Shown here: piece after piece, positions 10,259 through 18,402 of the stretch
Layout of the letters: each line of letters opens with the position of its first letter
Numbering within the stretch: the first letter of the stretch is position 1
Assembly (NCBI GenBank): GCA_903933915.1
Contig: CAIZLW010000108.1
Span: forward strand, 2,747 to 66,746
Source of the DNA: an uncultured beta proteobacterium
Lineage (GTDB): Bacteria; Pseudomonadota; Gammaproteobacteria; Burkholderiales; SG8-41
Length of the DNA stretch: 64,000 nucleotides
Reading direction: 5' to 3'
Made by a program: the position numbers and the translations under genes
The notes under the pieces: model-generated
Told to the model about the DNA's origin: nothing
The model's input: the letters and a program-made list of their open reading frames with translations, nothing else
The model's database searches: none

Positions 10259-11329
10259 ATGCCAGCCCGTCTTGATTTCAATGACGTCTCCCACGCCTAT
10301 GAAAACACGCCCGTACTGCAAGGGGTGAGTTTTCATGTCGAACCCGGGGCGATCGCCTGCCTGCTCGGCGCCAGCGGCTGCGGCAAAACCACCGTTCTGC
10401 GCTGCATTGCCGGCTTTGAACCGATACTGGGCGGATCGGTCGCTCTGGACGGCGAGATCATGAGTGCTCCCGGCATATCCACGGCGCCGGAGCGACGGCG
10501 AATTGGCGTGGTGTTCCAGGACTACGCCCTGTTCCCCCACCTCACCGTGGCCGGCAATATCGCCTTCGGCCTGCGCCACGCAAGTACGGACGAAAGCGCC
10601 GCCCGTGTCGCCGAATTGCTGGAGATGGTCGGTCTCGGCAAAATGGGCAACAAATATGCGCACGAACTCTCCGGCGGCCAGCAGCAGCGCGTCGCACTGG
10701 CCCGGGCATTGGCGCCGCGACCGCGACTGCTGCTGCTCGACGAACCCTTCTCCAATCTTGATGTGGAAATGCGTGAACGGCTGAGCGTTGAAGTACGCGA
10801 CATTCTCAAACGTGAAAAAACCACCGCCATTCTGGTCACGCATGACCAGAATGAAGCCTTCAACATCGCCGACATGATCGGCATCATGCGCAATGGCCGC
10901 ATCGAGCAATGGGATACGCCGTACCAGCTCTATCACGAACCGCGAACGCGGTACGCCGCGGAGTTCATCGGCCAGGGCCTGTTTCTGCCCGGCGATGTGC
11001 TTGACGACGGCCGCATCCGGCTTGAAGTCGGCGAGTTCGTCCCTGATGTCGCACCGCAATGGCCCGCCGGAACGGCTGTGGATGTGCTGCTGCGACCGGA
11101 TGATGTGCTGCATGACGATTCCAGCGCCATGCAGGCCATGGTTCTGCACAAGGCCTTCCGCGGCGCCGCGTTTCTGTACACCCTGCAGCTGCCGCACGGC
11201 GGACAGGTGTATTCACTGGTGCCCAGCCATCACAACCACGCCATCGGCGAAAAAATCGGCATTCGCCTTGAACTCGACCATCTGGTCGCCTATCCGCGCG
11301 ACCCCGCGGCAGAACAGGTTCGCGGCTGA
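10259..11329 (+). CDS. fbpC: ABC transporter ATP-binding protein (iron/polyamine importer type)
   Basis: It has Walker A GASGCGKTT, the signature [15 protein letters not shown], Walker B LLLLDEP and a C-terminal TOBE-like domain. Confidence 0.85.
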   Translation: MPARLDFNDVSHAYENTPVLQGVSFHVEPGAIACLLGASGCGKTTVLRCIAGFEPILGGSVALDGEIMSAPGISTAPERRRIGVVFQDYALFPHLTVAGNIAFGLRHASTDESAARVAELLEMVGLGKMGNKYAHELSGGQQQRVALARALAPRPRLLLLDEPFSNLDVEMRERLSVEVRDILKREKTTAILVTHDQNEAFNIADMIGIMRNGRIEQWDTPYQLYHEPRTRYAAEFIGQGLFLPGDVLDDGRIRLEVGEFVPDVAPQWPAGTAVDVLLRPDDVLHDDSSAMQAMVLHKAFRGAAFLYTLQLPHGGQVYSLVPSHHNHAIGEKIGIRLELDHLVAYPRDPAAEQVRG

Positions 11330-11338
11330 TCGCTGCAG

Positions 11339-12394
11339 TCAGGGGGCGGCGCCTGCAGCAGACCGCTGACGGCGCAGTGAGGTCGCCAACTCATGCACCG
11401 CCATCGCATAGTTGATGCTGCGGTTGTATCGGGTAATTACATAAAAATTGTTCAGTCCCAGCCAGTATCGCGGCCCCGCTTCGGACTGCACCAGAAACAA
11501 TGTCGCCAGCGCCTCTTCGAGCGCAGGTTCCAGCGGCACAACGCCGCGCTTCCTGAATTCTGCGACTGCCAGATGCGGCGCAATGCCGGCGGCCAGCATC
11601 GCATCCAGCACCGTGTCGCCGACATCCACCGGCACGATCACCGGCTCGCCTTCGCGCCAGCCGAACTGGCGGTAATAATTGGCGACGCTGCCGATGGCAT
11701 CGGCAACGCGGCGCAGGTCACGCACCCCGTCGCCGTCAAAATCGACGGCATATTTGCGATAGCTGCTGGGCATGAACTGCGGAATGCCGATGGCGCCGGC
11801 GAAAGACCCCTTGAGGCTGTTCAGCGCAATACCGTTTTCGCGCGCCAGCAGCAGGTATTGCTCCAGTTCGCCGCGGAAAAATTCAGCCCTTCGCGGATAA
11901 CCGAACGCGAGTGTTGCCAGCGCATCCAGCACGCCGATGGTACCGGTGCGCCGGCCGAAGATAGTTTCAACGCCGATGGTGGACACGATCAGTTCGGGCG
12001 GCACGCGAAATTCAGCGGCAGCCTTTTCGAGCAGCGTCTGGTGTTCCGTCCAGAACTGCAGGCCAGCCTTGATGCGGGCATCGGTAATGTGGCGCAGACG
12101 GAATTCATGCCAGGGCAGCGCGGTCGCCGGCGCATCCATCGCACGAATGATCGAACCCAGATGCCGGGTCTCACGAAAGGCTTTTTCCAGAGCGGCGCGG
12201 TCAAAACCATGCCGGTCCGTCATATCCTGCACAAACGCACGGATCTCCGGCTCCAATTCACCCCTTGGCGCCGGTGTCGCAGCGATGGCATACGGCACCG
12301 CCATCAGCAGCAAGGCGGCCAGGGCCGGCAACAACCGGGAATATCGTTTCGTCACTCCGGATCGAGGCTGCCATGCACGGGGGATCACGTGCAC
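11339..12394 (-). CDS. mltB: lytic murein transglycosylase B
   Basis: It has a signal peptide, the GVETIFGRRTG motif, GAIGIPQFMPSSYRKYAVDFDGDG and NFYVITRYNRS, the hallmarks of the MltB family. Confidence 0.85.
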   Translation of the reverse strand: MHVIPRAWQPRSGVTKRYSRLLPALAALLLMAVPYAIAATPAPRGELEPEIRAFVQDMTDRHGFDRAALEKAFRETRHLGSIIRAMDAPATALPWHEFRLRHITDARIKAGLQFWTEHQTLLEKAAAEFRVPPELIVSTIGVETIFGRRTGTIGVLDALATLAFGYPRRAEFFRGELEQYLLLARENGIALNSLKGSFAGAIGIPQFMPSSYRKYAVDFDGDGVRDLRRVADAIGSVANYYRQFGWREGEPVIVPVDVGDTVLDAMLAAGIAPHLAVAEFRKRGVVPLEPALEEALATLFLVQSEAGPRYWLGLNNFYVITRYNRSINYAMAVHELATSLRRQRSAAGAAP

Positions 12395-12479
12395 GCAGAC
12401 CGCGCCTTAAATGGAATACCGGAGATTACCAAGCCGGGGCGGTCATACGCCACCGGTAATCCGCCACAGCGGAATCAGC

Positions 12480-12962
12480 CTAGCTGGATCGGGATGATGA
12501 GGAAGAACTGCCCGAGGATGCGCCGCCCTCTTCGAAACGCGGCGGCGGGGCAAGATTCGGATACGGATCAACCACAGCGCCCTTGCCTAAGGTATGCATC
12601 GACAACAGCGTGCGGCCGATGGCCAGCCATTGTTCGCGCGCCGGGGTCGGCATCGATTCGTAGGTCTTGATCAAACCGACAACGTCCCCGTCTGCGAGAT
12701 CTATCTGCGCGGGCGCCGTGTCGCCGACGGCCAGCCAGCGCGCGCGTACCTGCAGCGCATCGGCAACCTTGTAGAGGTTTTCATGGGTCATGTTCTTGGT
12801 GTCGCCGTTGATCCAGCGATGCACCGTCTGACGCGGCAGGCCGATGCGGCGCCCCAGTTCCGCAACCGATTTCATGCCGCAGGCTGACATTGCAGTACGA
12901 ATGCGCGCAGCGATTGATTTAGCGGGGTCAACCGGCTCTGCTTTGATGCGTCCTCGGCCCAT
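12480..12962 (-). CDS. XRE-family helix-turn-helix DNA-binding protein with Ser-rich C-terminal tail
   Basis: The HTH is MKSVAELGRRIGLPRQTVHRWINGD and the C-terminus ends GGASSGSSSSSSRSS. Confidence 0.65.
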   Translation of the reverse strand: MGRGRIKAEPVDPAKSIAARIRTAMSACGMKSVAELGRRIGLPRQTVHRWINGDTKNMTHENLYKVADALQVRARWLAVGDTAPAQIDLADGDVVGLIKTYESMPTPAREQWLAIGRTLLSMHTLGKGAVVDPYPNLAPPPRFEEGGASSGSSSSSSRSS

Positions 12963-13088
12963 GCGTCACACTCCAGTCATTCAACGAGTCACTCCCCGGT
13001 GACACTTTAATTCGCATGACTTACATCAGGCTTACTTTGGGCAGCATAAAAGCAAAAATTTACACCCTGAGAGCCTCACAATTTTTTG

Positions 13089-13107
13089 TTTAAAAACAAT
13101 TACTTAT
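13089..13107 (+). repeat. AT-rich 19-nt motif TTTAAAAACAAWTACYTAT, copy B
   Basis: tttaaaaacaattacttat lies in the intergenic region upstream of the minus-strand HTH gene. Confidence 0.7.
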
Positions 13108-13146
13108 ATAAAATATGTTGTACAAAAATGGCAATGGTTTTTTTAT

Positions 13147-14202
13147 CTACAAATCGATACGCCGCATTACCGCGCGACTGTTGCCGAAACAAGGGATGTA
13201 AACGGAGTGCGTCCCGGGCCCGCCCGCAACAATCAAATGAATGTCTTCCGGGCGCGGCGAAATCGGCAACAGCGTATCGTCGCGCAACTCGCCCAGTTCC
13301 GGTGTCCGCGAAGCGCGGGCGCGGTCGATCTCCTTGGCACTGAGATGTTTCACAGCCATCTTTGAGCGCTCCCACAACTCGCGTTTAACGGCGGCTTTAT
13401 CCCACCCCTCGCGGCGGAAAATTTCCGCGTGTTCGCTGCCGAGAATGAACCACGGCTCCCCGCCGTGCACATATTCATTACTGGTCGGGTGAATCATCGT
13501 CTCGGCGATGACCCGCGCCAGTTCAACGGCACCTTTGGCGTGGGTATTCATGTTCATCGTACCCTCGGCGCCGACCACCGTCACCGTGCTGTCGCCAATC
13601 GCAAAGCCGCGTTCGACGTGCAGTGGCTGCCAGGGATGATTTTGTTCATTCTCGGCACAGCAGAATGTGAATTTCCCGGGCTGCCCGTGCGTTGCGCGGT
13701 CCATTTCACCGGGCCAGGCGCCGCCGATGTTCTGCAGGATCAGGCGCAGCGCACGACCCAGCGTGGCGTTGGCCCAGTGGCCCTGGCCGATGCAGTTGAA
13801 GCTTGCGTTCACCTGCAGCTGCTGCGCGACCGGACCATTGAGCACCAGCCACACCGCAACCGGGTTGGTGGTCGCCTGGATGCCCTGCAGATTGAATTCG
13901 GGATCGGACACCGCCTCGGTCGCTGCAATCAGCACCGGCAGATATTCGGGATCACAACCGGCCATCACCGCATTGATGGCGATGCGCTCCACCGTGGCAG
14001 CGCCGAACCCCGGCGCCACACGTGCCACGAGTTCATGGCGGCCGCGGCGGCTGTGCGTCAGCATCCGTTCGACCCGCGCCGCCGTCGGCGGCACAATGGG
14101 CAAACCGTCGCTCCAGCGACGTTCACGGTAAAGCCGGTTGATGGCATCCAGATCGTCGGCAACGTCGAAGGAAGCGGCACGATCAATCATGGGTTCGCTC
14201 AT
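13147..14202 (-). CDS. uncharacterised partner protein of the UGSC selenoprotein (351 aa; DGLPIVPPT / NAVMAGC motifs)
   Basis: The ATG at 14202 overlaps the upstream stop as ATGA, with GGAGAG 7 nt upstream. It begins MSEPMIDR... It is clearly paralogous to residues ~215-567 of the fused protein at 18403..20106, sharing SDGLPIVPPT, A(I/V)N(A/G)VMAGC.PEY.PVL.AA.EA and (L/I)LNGPV. Confidence 0.8.
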   Translation of the reverse strand: MSEPMIDRAASFDVADDLDAINRLYRERRWSDGLPIVPPTAARVERMLTHSRRGRHELVARVAPGFGAATVERIAINAVMAGCDPEYLPVLIAATEAVSDPEFNLQGIQATTNPVAVWLVLNGPVAQQLQVNASFNCIGQGHWANATLGRALRLILQNIGGAWPGEMDRATHGQPGKFTFCCAENEQNHPWQPLHVERGFAIGDSTVTVVGAEGTMNMNTHAKGAVELARVIAETMIHPTSNEYVHGGEPWFILGSEHAEIFRREGWDKAAVKRELWERSKMAVKHLSAKEIDRARASRTPELGELRDDTLLPISPRPEDIHLIVAGGPGTHSVYIPCFGNSRAVMRRIDL

Positions 14203-14744
14203 CGCTGCTCTCCAGCCAGCAGTTTCGCGATGTCCGCCACACACTGCTCTGCGATCTTGCGTACATCCTCACGGCTGCGTCCGCCGAACGGATGCGGAAT
14301 CACCGCAATCGGCAACTTGCTGTTGCCCAGCGCACGCGCCTGCGCCCGGCCCAGGGTCTGAAACGCCGCGGAACAAACGGTCAGGGCCTGCTTGCCGTGT
14401 TTGGTCACTTCGATGCTGTCGTGGACACTCCACGACGCGCAGGATCCTCAGTCCCCGGATCCCGCAATCACCACATCACATTCAAGCGACAGCGCTGCAA
14501 TCACTGCCGGATCGGCAGGAATCGAGGCCGATGATTTGCGGCGTTTTATGACTTTGGCAACGCCATAACGCGACTGCAGAAGTTCGGCCAGGTCATCGGC
14601 CAGATGATTGAAATTCGGCTTTGCGTTGTCGATGAAGCCGACCGTCGCGCCAGCCAGTCCACGCAGGGTCGAGTGTGCAGCCGCAGCCTGCGTGTCGCCA
14701 GCGTGCGGCGCAGTCGGATCAAATAGCGTCAGAGTTCGCATCAT
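14199..14744 (-). CDS. UGSC-motif selenoprotein (181 codons; selenocysteine at codon 99 encoded by TGA 14450-14448)
   Basis: Two same-frame ORF-track pieces (14448..14783 and 14199..14408) are separated only by a TGA. Read-through gives ...DVVIAGSGD-U-GSCASWSVHDSIEVTKHG.... The ATG at 14744 has AGGA 5 nt upstream. The downstream piece has no SD or ATG of its own. A paralog at 19791 has the same U-G-S-C context. Confidence 0.8.
14418..14436 (-). promoter_or_regulatory. SECIS-like hairpin for the locus-1 UGA
   Basis: The mRNA reads GUCGUGGA-GUG-UCCACGAC, a perfect 8-bp stem with a GU-containing apical loop. It begins exactly 11 nt 3-prime of the UGA. Confidence 0.65.
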
Positions 14745-14772
14745 GTCATCCTGAAATGCCGATAAAAAATGC

Positions 14773-15750
14773 TCAGGGATCAAGCCGGATGTTGGCCTGC
14801 TTCACCAGCCGGGTCCACATCTGGATTTCCTTGCCGATGAAAGCCTGCAGTTCCTGCGGCGAGTTGCCGACCGGGGTTGCGCCCAGCGCGAGCAGCTGTT
14901 CGCGCATTTGCGACGCAGCCAGCGACTTCACGGTCTCGGCGTGGACGCGATTGATGACGGCGGGCGCAGTCCGCGCCGGCGCCAGCAACGCGTACCACAG
15001 CGTCGATTGATAACCCGGTACCGTCTCGGAAACTGCGGGAATGTCGGGATAAGCTGGTGACCGTGCGAGACTGGTCATGCCCAGTGCGCGCAACCGGCCA
15101 CTCTTCACATGGGGCATCGAAGGCAAGGGACTGGTGCAGATGATCTGCACCTGCCCAGCCACCACGTCGACCAGCGCGGGTCCCGCGCCCTTGTACGGAA
15201 TGTGTACAACGTTGATACCGGTCAGCGACTGCAGCAGCTCCACCGACATGTGACCGCCAGAACCGGGACCGGACGAGGCGTAATTGATACGGCCTGGCTG
15301 TGCCTTGGCCGCGGCAATCAGCTCCCGGATGCTGCCGACCTTGAGTGAAGGATGCGCCACAAACACCAGCGGCGACTCGGCCACCAGCGTGATCGGCACA
15401 AAATCCTTCAGCGTGTCGTAAGGCAGGTTATTACGCAGCGCCGGGTTGATCGAATGCGTCGCGCTCGCGAGGAACAGCGTGTAGCCATCCGGTGCCGCGC
15501 CTGCGGCAATTTGCGTGGCAATGACCTGCCCGCCGCCGCCACGGTTGTCATTGACCATCTGCTGTCCGAATGCCGTGCTCAGGCTACCAGCAAGCATGCG
15601 GCCGACGATGTCCCCCGCGCCACCGGGCGGATACGGGATGATCAGCCGGATCGGGCGTTGCGGATAACTGTCGGCGGCAAAAACTGAAAACGCGGCGCCT
15701 GACAACAATCCTGATACCAGGACGGTGCATAAAACGAGTTTTTTTACCAT
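14773..15750 (-). CDS. Bug-family (TctC-like) tripartite tricarboxylate transporter substrate-binding protein
   Basis: A signal peptide is followed by YPQRPIRLIIPYPPGGAGD, the canonical Bug N-terminal motif. Its stop is 29 nt upstream of the UGSC gene on the same strand. Confidence 0.9.
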   Translation of the reverse strand: MVKKLVLCTVLVSGLLSGAAFSVFAADSYPQRPIRLIIPYPPGGAGDIVGRMLAGSLSTAFGQQMVNDNRGGGGQVIATQIAAGAAPDGYTLFLASATHSINPALRNNLPYDTLKDFVPITLVAESPLVFVAHPSLKVGSIRELIAAAKAQPGRINYASSGPGSGGHMSVELLQSLTGINVVHIPYKGAGPALVDVVAGQVQIICTSPLPSMPHVKSGRLRALGMTSLARSPAYPDIPAVSETVPGYQSTLWYALLAPARTAPAVINRVHAETVKSLAASQMREQLLALGATPVGNSPQELQAFIGKEIQMWTRLVKQANIRLDP

Positions 15751-15965
15751 AACTCCACGCGCGCTGCGGTGTTTACGGAATGAACGCCGATCTTACCGCA
15801 GCCGACTCGCGCGCCGGGGCATGGCGTTACGATATGGACTGCAGTATCAGCCCTTGCAGGCAGCCGCCGCTCCAGTATTAACCTTGCACACGCTCTCCGA
15901 CAGCCGGCACCGGTGCCAATCATGCAGACATATGCAGACTTGATGTCGCTACACTTAAATGCATC

Positions 15966-16253
15966 TCAAAAATCGCGGATACGTGCGCGAATGATCGACT
16001 GCCTCGGCAACGCGGGTCCCTTGAAAAAACTTGGTCCTGCGGAATTAAAAGCAATGTATTTGATGCTGGTCATCGGAAAAACCATAAGCTGGCCCTCCGA
16101 CTCGACCACCACGTTCTTGCTGTTCATGAACTCCGACAGCTTGATCTGCTTCGCCGCGACGCTTTTGGCCTGCTCCGGAAACTCGAAAGTCATTTTGCTG
16201 CCGTCATTAAAATACAGCGTCATCGTCCGATCATGAGTCATGTCGCCCTCCAT
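15966..16253 (-). CDS. hypothetical small protein
   Basis: A 95-aa ORF in a locally AT-richer stretch. I recognise no family, and coding status is uncertain. Confidence 0.3.
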   Translation of the reverse strand: MEGDMTHDRTMTLYFNDGSKMTFEFPEQAKSVAAKQIKLSEFMNSKNVVVESEGQLMVFPMTSIKYIAFNSAGPSFFKGPALPRQSIIRARIRDF

Positions 16254-16354
16254 TTGGTTGCTCTGCCAGCAGCCAAGCTACCAAATCCACCCCCTGCTGT
16301 CACGATTGAGCCGGTGTAAACTCGTGTGACACCTCTACACCCTCCGGAGACTTG

Positions 16355-17143
16355 ATGATGAGCGCCTATCCCAATCACACCAAACAGCAGTTGGCTGCCG
16401 GCAAAATCGCCGTAGGCATGGGACTGCGCCTCGCCCGCACGGTGGATATCGCCACCATCGGAAAAACCTGCGGCTATGACTGGCTGTTCATCGACATGGA
16501 ACATAACTCGATGGATGTGGACACCGCTGCGCAAATCGCGATGGCCGCGCTGCCGGTGGGCATTACGCCGATCGTGCGCGTCCCCGGCAAGGAGCACCAC
16601 CATGCTTCGCGACTGCTGGATGCAGGCGCACAGGGCATCGTGGTGCCGCATGTCGATACCATCGAGGAGGCCGAGCGCGCCGTGGCCTACTGCAAATATC
16701 CGCCCATCGGCCACCGTTCGGTGATGGGCGTGCTGCCGCAGTTCGGCTATCGCAACCTGCCCGTTGCCGATTCAGCCCCGATCGCCAACGCCCAGACCAT
16801 GGTCATCATCATGCTCGAAACCCCCGATGCCATCGCACAGGCCGATGCCTTTGCCGCCGTACCCGGCGTCGACTCCATACTGATCGGCACCAATGATCTG
16901 TGCGCCGAGATGGGCATCCCCGGACAGTTCACCGACCCGCGCGTCGAAGACGCCTACCGCAAGGTGATTGCCGCCTGCCGCAAGAACAATATCCATCCTG
17001 GAATGGGCGGCGTCTATGAACCGAAGCTGCTCGAGAAATACATCGGCATGGGCATGCGCTTCATTCTCGGCGGCGGCGACATGAGTTTCCTGATGGCCGG
17101 CGCCCGCGATCGCGCCAGCTTTCTCCACGGCCTGAAACTGTAG
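16355..17143 (+). CDS. HpcH/HpaI-family 2-keto-3-deoxy-acid aldolase
   Basis: Contains GYDWLFIDMEHNSMD, RVPG....ASRLLDAGAQGIVVPHV and YPP.GHRS. The ATG follows a GGAGA SD. Confidence 0.85.
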   Translation: MMSAYPNHTKQQLAAGKIAVGMGLRLARTVDIATIGKTCGYDWLFIDMEHNSMDVDTAAQIAMAALPVGITPIVRVPGKEHHHASRLLDAGAQGIVVPHVDTIEEAERAVAYCKYPPIGHRSVMGVLPQFGYRNLPVADSAPIANAQTMVIIMLETPDAIAQADAFAAVPGVDSILIGTNDLCAEMGIPGQFTDPRVEDAYRKVIAACRKNNIHPGMGGVYEPKLLEKYIGMGMRFILGGGDMSFLMAGARDRASFLHGLKL

Positions 17144-17176
17144 GCCACTACGCAATCTTTAACGAGATATCTCCAC

Positions 17177-18343
17177 ATGGTCCGTATTGTCGACGTCCGC
17201 GAAGTCACCAAACCGATCGCCTCGCCGATCCGCAACGCCTATATCGATTTCAGCAAAATGACCACCAGCTTGGTCGCCGTGGTCACCGACGTCAAAGTCG
17301 ACGGTCGCACGGTGGTGGGCTACGGCTTTAACTCCAACGGCCGCTACGGTCAGGGCGGGCTGATCCGCGAACGTTTTGCGCCGCGCCTGTTGGAAGCCGA
17401 TCCGAAAAACCTGCTGGATGAAAGCGGCAGCAATATCGATCCGCACCGCGCGTGGGACGCGATGATGATCAACGAAAAACCCGGCGGCCACGGCGAACGT
17501 TCGGTTGCGGTCGGCACGCTGGACATGGCGATCTGGGATGCCGTCGCCAAAATCGCACGCAAACCGCTGTTTCGTCTGCTCGCCGAAAAACACGGCGTCA
17601 CCGCCAATCCGAAAGTATTCGTCTACGCCGCCGGCGGTTACTACTACCCCGGCAAGGACCTGCAGGCGTTGCGTGCAGAGATGCGCAGTTACCTCGACCG
17701 CGGCTACAACGTCGTCAAGATGAAAATCGGCGGCGCTGATCTGGCTGAAGATTGCCGCCGCATCGAAGCCGTGCTGACCGAGATCGGCACCAGCGCACAA
17801 CTGGCGGTCGACGCCAACGGGCGTTTTGATCTGGAAACCGGAATCGCCTATGCGAAGGCGCTGCGCGAATATCCGCTGTTCTGGTACGAGGAAGTCGGTG
17901 ACCCGCTGGATTTTGCACTGCAAGCCGCACTCGCCGAGTTCTACCCGGGGCCGATGGCCACCGGTGAAAACCTGTTCAGCCACCAGGACGCGCGCAATCT
18001 GCTGCGTTACGGCGGCATGCGCCCGGACCGCGACTGGCTGCAGTTCGACTGCGCACTGTCCTACGGCTTGTGCGAATACGAACGCACGTTGCGTGAACTC
18101 AATATTGCCGGCTGGTCGCCGTCACGCTGCATCCCCCACGGCGGCCACCAGATGTCGCTGAATATCGCCGCCGGACTGGGCTTGGGCGGTAATGAAAGTT
18201 ACCCCGACCTGTTCCAGCCCTACGGCGGATTCCCCGACGGCGTGCGTGTTGAAAACGGCAAGATCACCATGCCGGAACTGCCGGGCATCGGCTTTGAGGG
18301 CAAATCGGATCTGATCAAGGTGATGCGCGAACTGGCGGAGTAA
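17177..18343 (+). CDS. enolase-superfamily (mandelate racemase/muconate lactonizing) enzyme, D-tartrate dehydratase-like
   Basis: The N-terminus is VRIVDVREVTKPIASPIRNAYIDFSKMTTSLVAVVTD...GYGFNSNGRYGQGGLIRERF, followed by MINEKPGGHGERSVAVGTLDMA.WDAVAKIA.KPLF. From memory this closely resembles Bradyrhizobium TarD. The specific activity is inference. Confidence 0.7.
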   Translation: MVRIVDVREVTKPIASPIRNAYIDFSKMTTSLVAVVTDVKVDGRTVVGYGFNSNGRYGQGGLIRERFAPRLLEADPKNLLDESGSNIDPHRAWDAMMINEKPGGHGERSVAVGTLDMAIWDAVAKIARKPLFRLLAEKHGVTANPKVFVYAAGGYYYPGKDLQALRAEMRSYLDRGYNVVKMKIGGADLAEDCRRIEAVLTEIGTSAQLAVDANGRFDLETGIAYAKALREYPLFWYEEVGDPLDFALQAALAEFYPGPMATGENLFSHQDARNLLRYGGMRPDRDWLQFDCALSYGLCEYERTLRELNIAGWSPSRCIPHGGHQMSLNIAAGLGLGGNESYPDLFQPYGGFPDGVRVENGKITMPELPGIGFEGKSDLIKVMRELAE

Positions 18344-18360
18344 GGCAAAAGCACCAAAGA

Positions 18361-18386
18361 AAACGGGCGCCGCGGCGCCCGTTTTC
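18361..18386. terminator. bidirectional rho-independent terminator between convergent genes
   Basis: The stem acgggcgc/gcgcccgt has A-run and T-run flanks (aaacgggcgccgcggcgcccgtttt). Confidence 0.7.
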
Positions 18387-18402
18387 ATTTTAAGCATTCA
18401 GC

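Noticed and set aside
12480-13146. A prophage remnant, based on an XRE-like repressor plus AT-rich flanking DNA.
   Set aside because: There is no integrase, Cro/antirepressor, or structural or lysis gene nearby. The adjacent mltB is a housekeeping transglycosylase with a signal peptide, not a phage endolysin.
14448-14450. Treating the TGA at 14450-14448 (and likewise 19791-19789) as genuine stops, giving short ~100-aa proteins plus separate downstream ORFs, or as pseudogene lesions.
   Set aside because: Both TGAs fall at the same column of a conserved G.G.-TGA-GGN-AGC-TGC motif in two diverged paralogs. The frame stays open and homologous on both sides. The downstream pieces lack SD and ATG starts. 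Both have a stable hairpin beginning exactly 11 nt downstream. Two independent nonsense mutations at the homologous codon are very unlikely.
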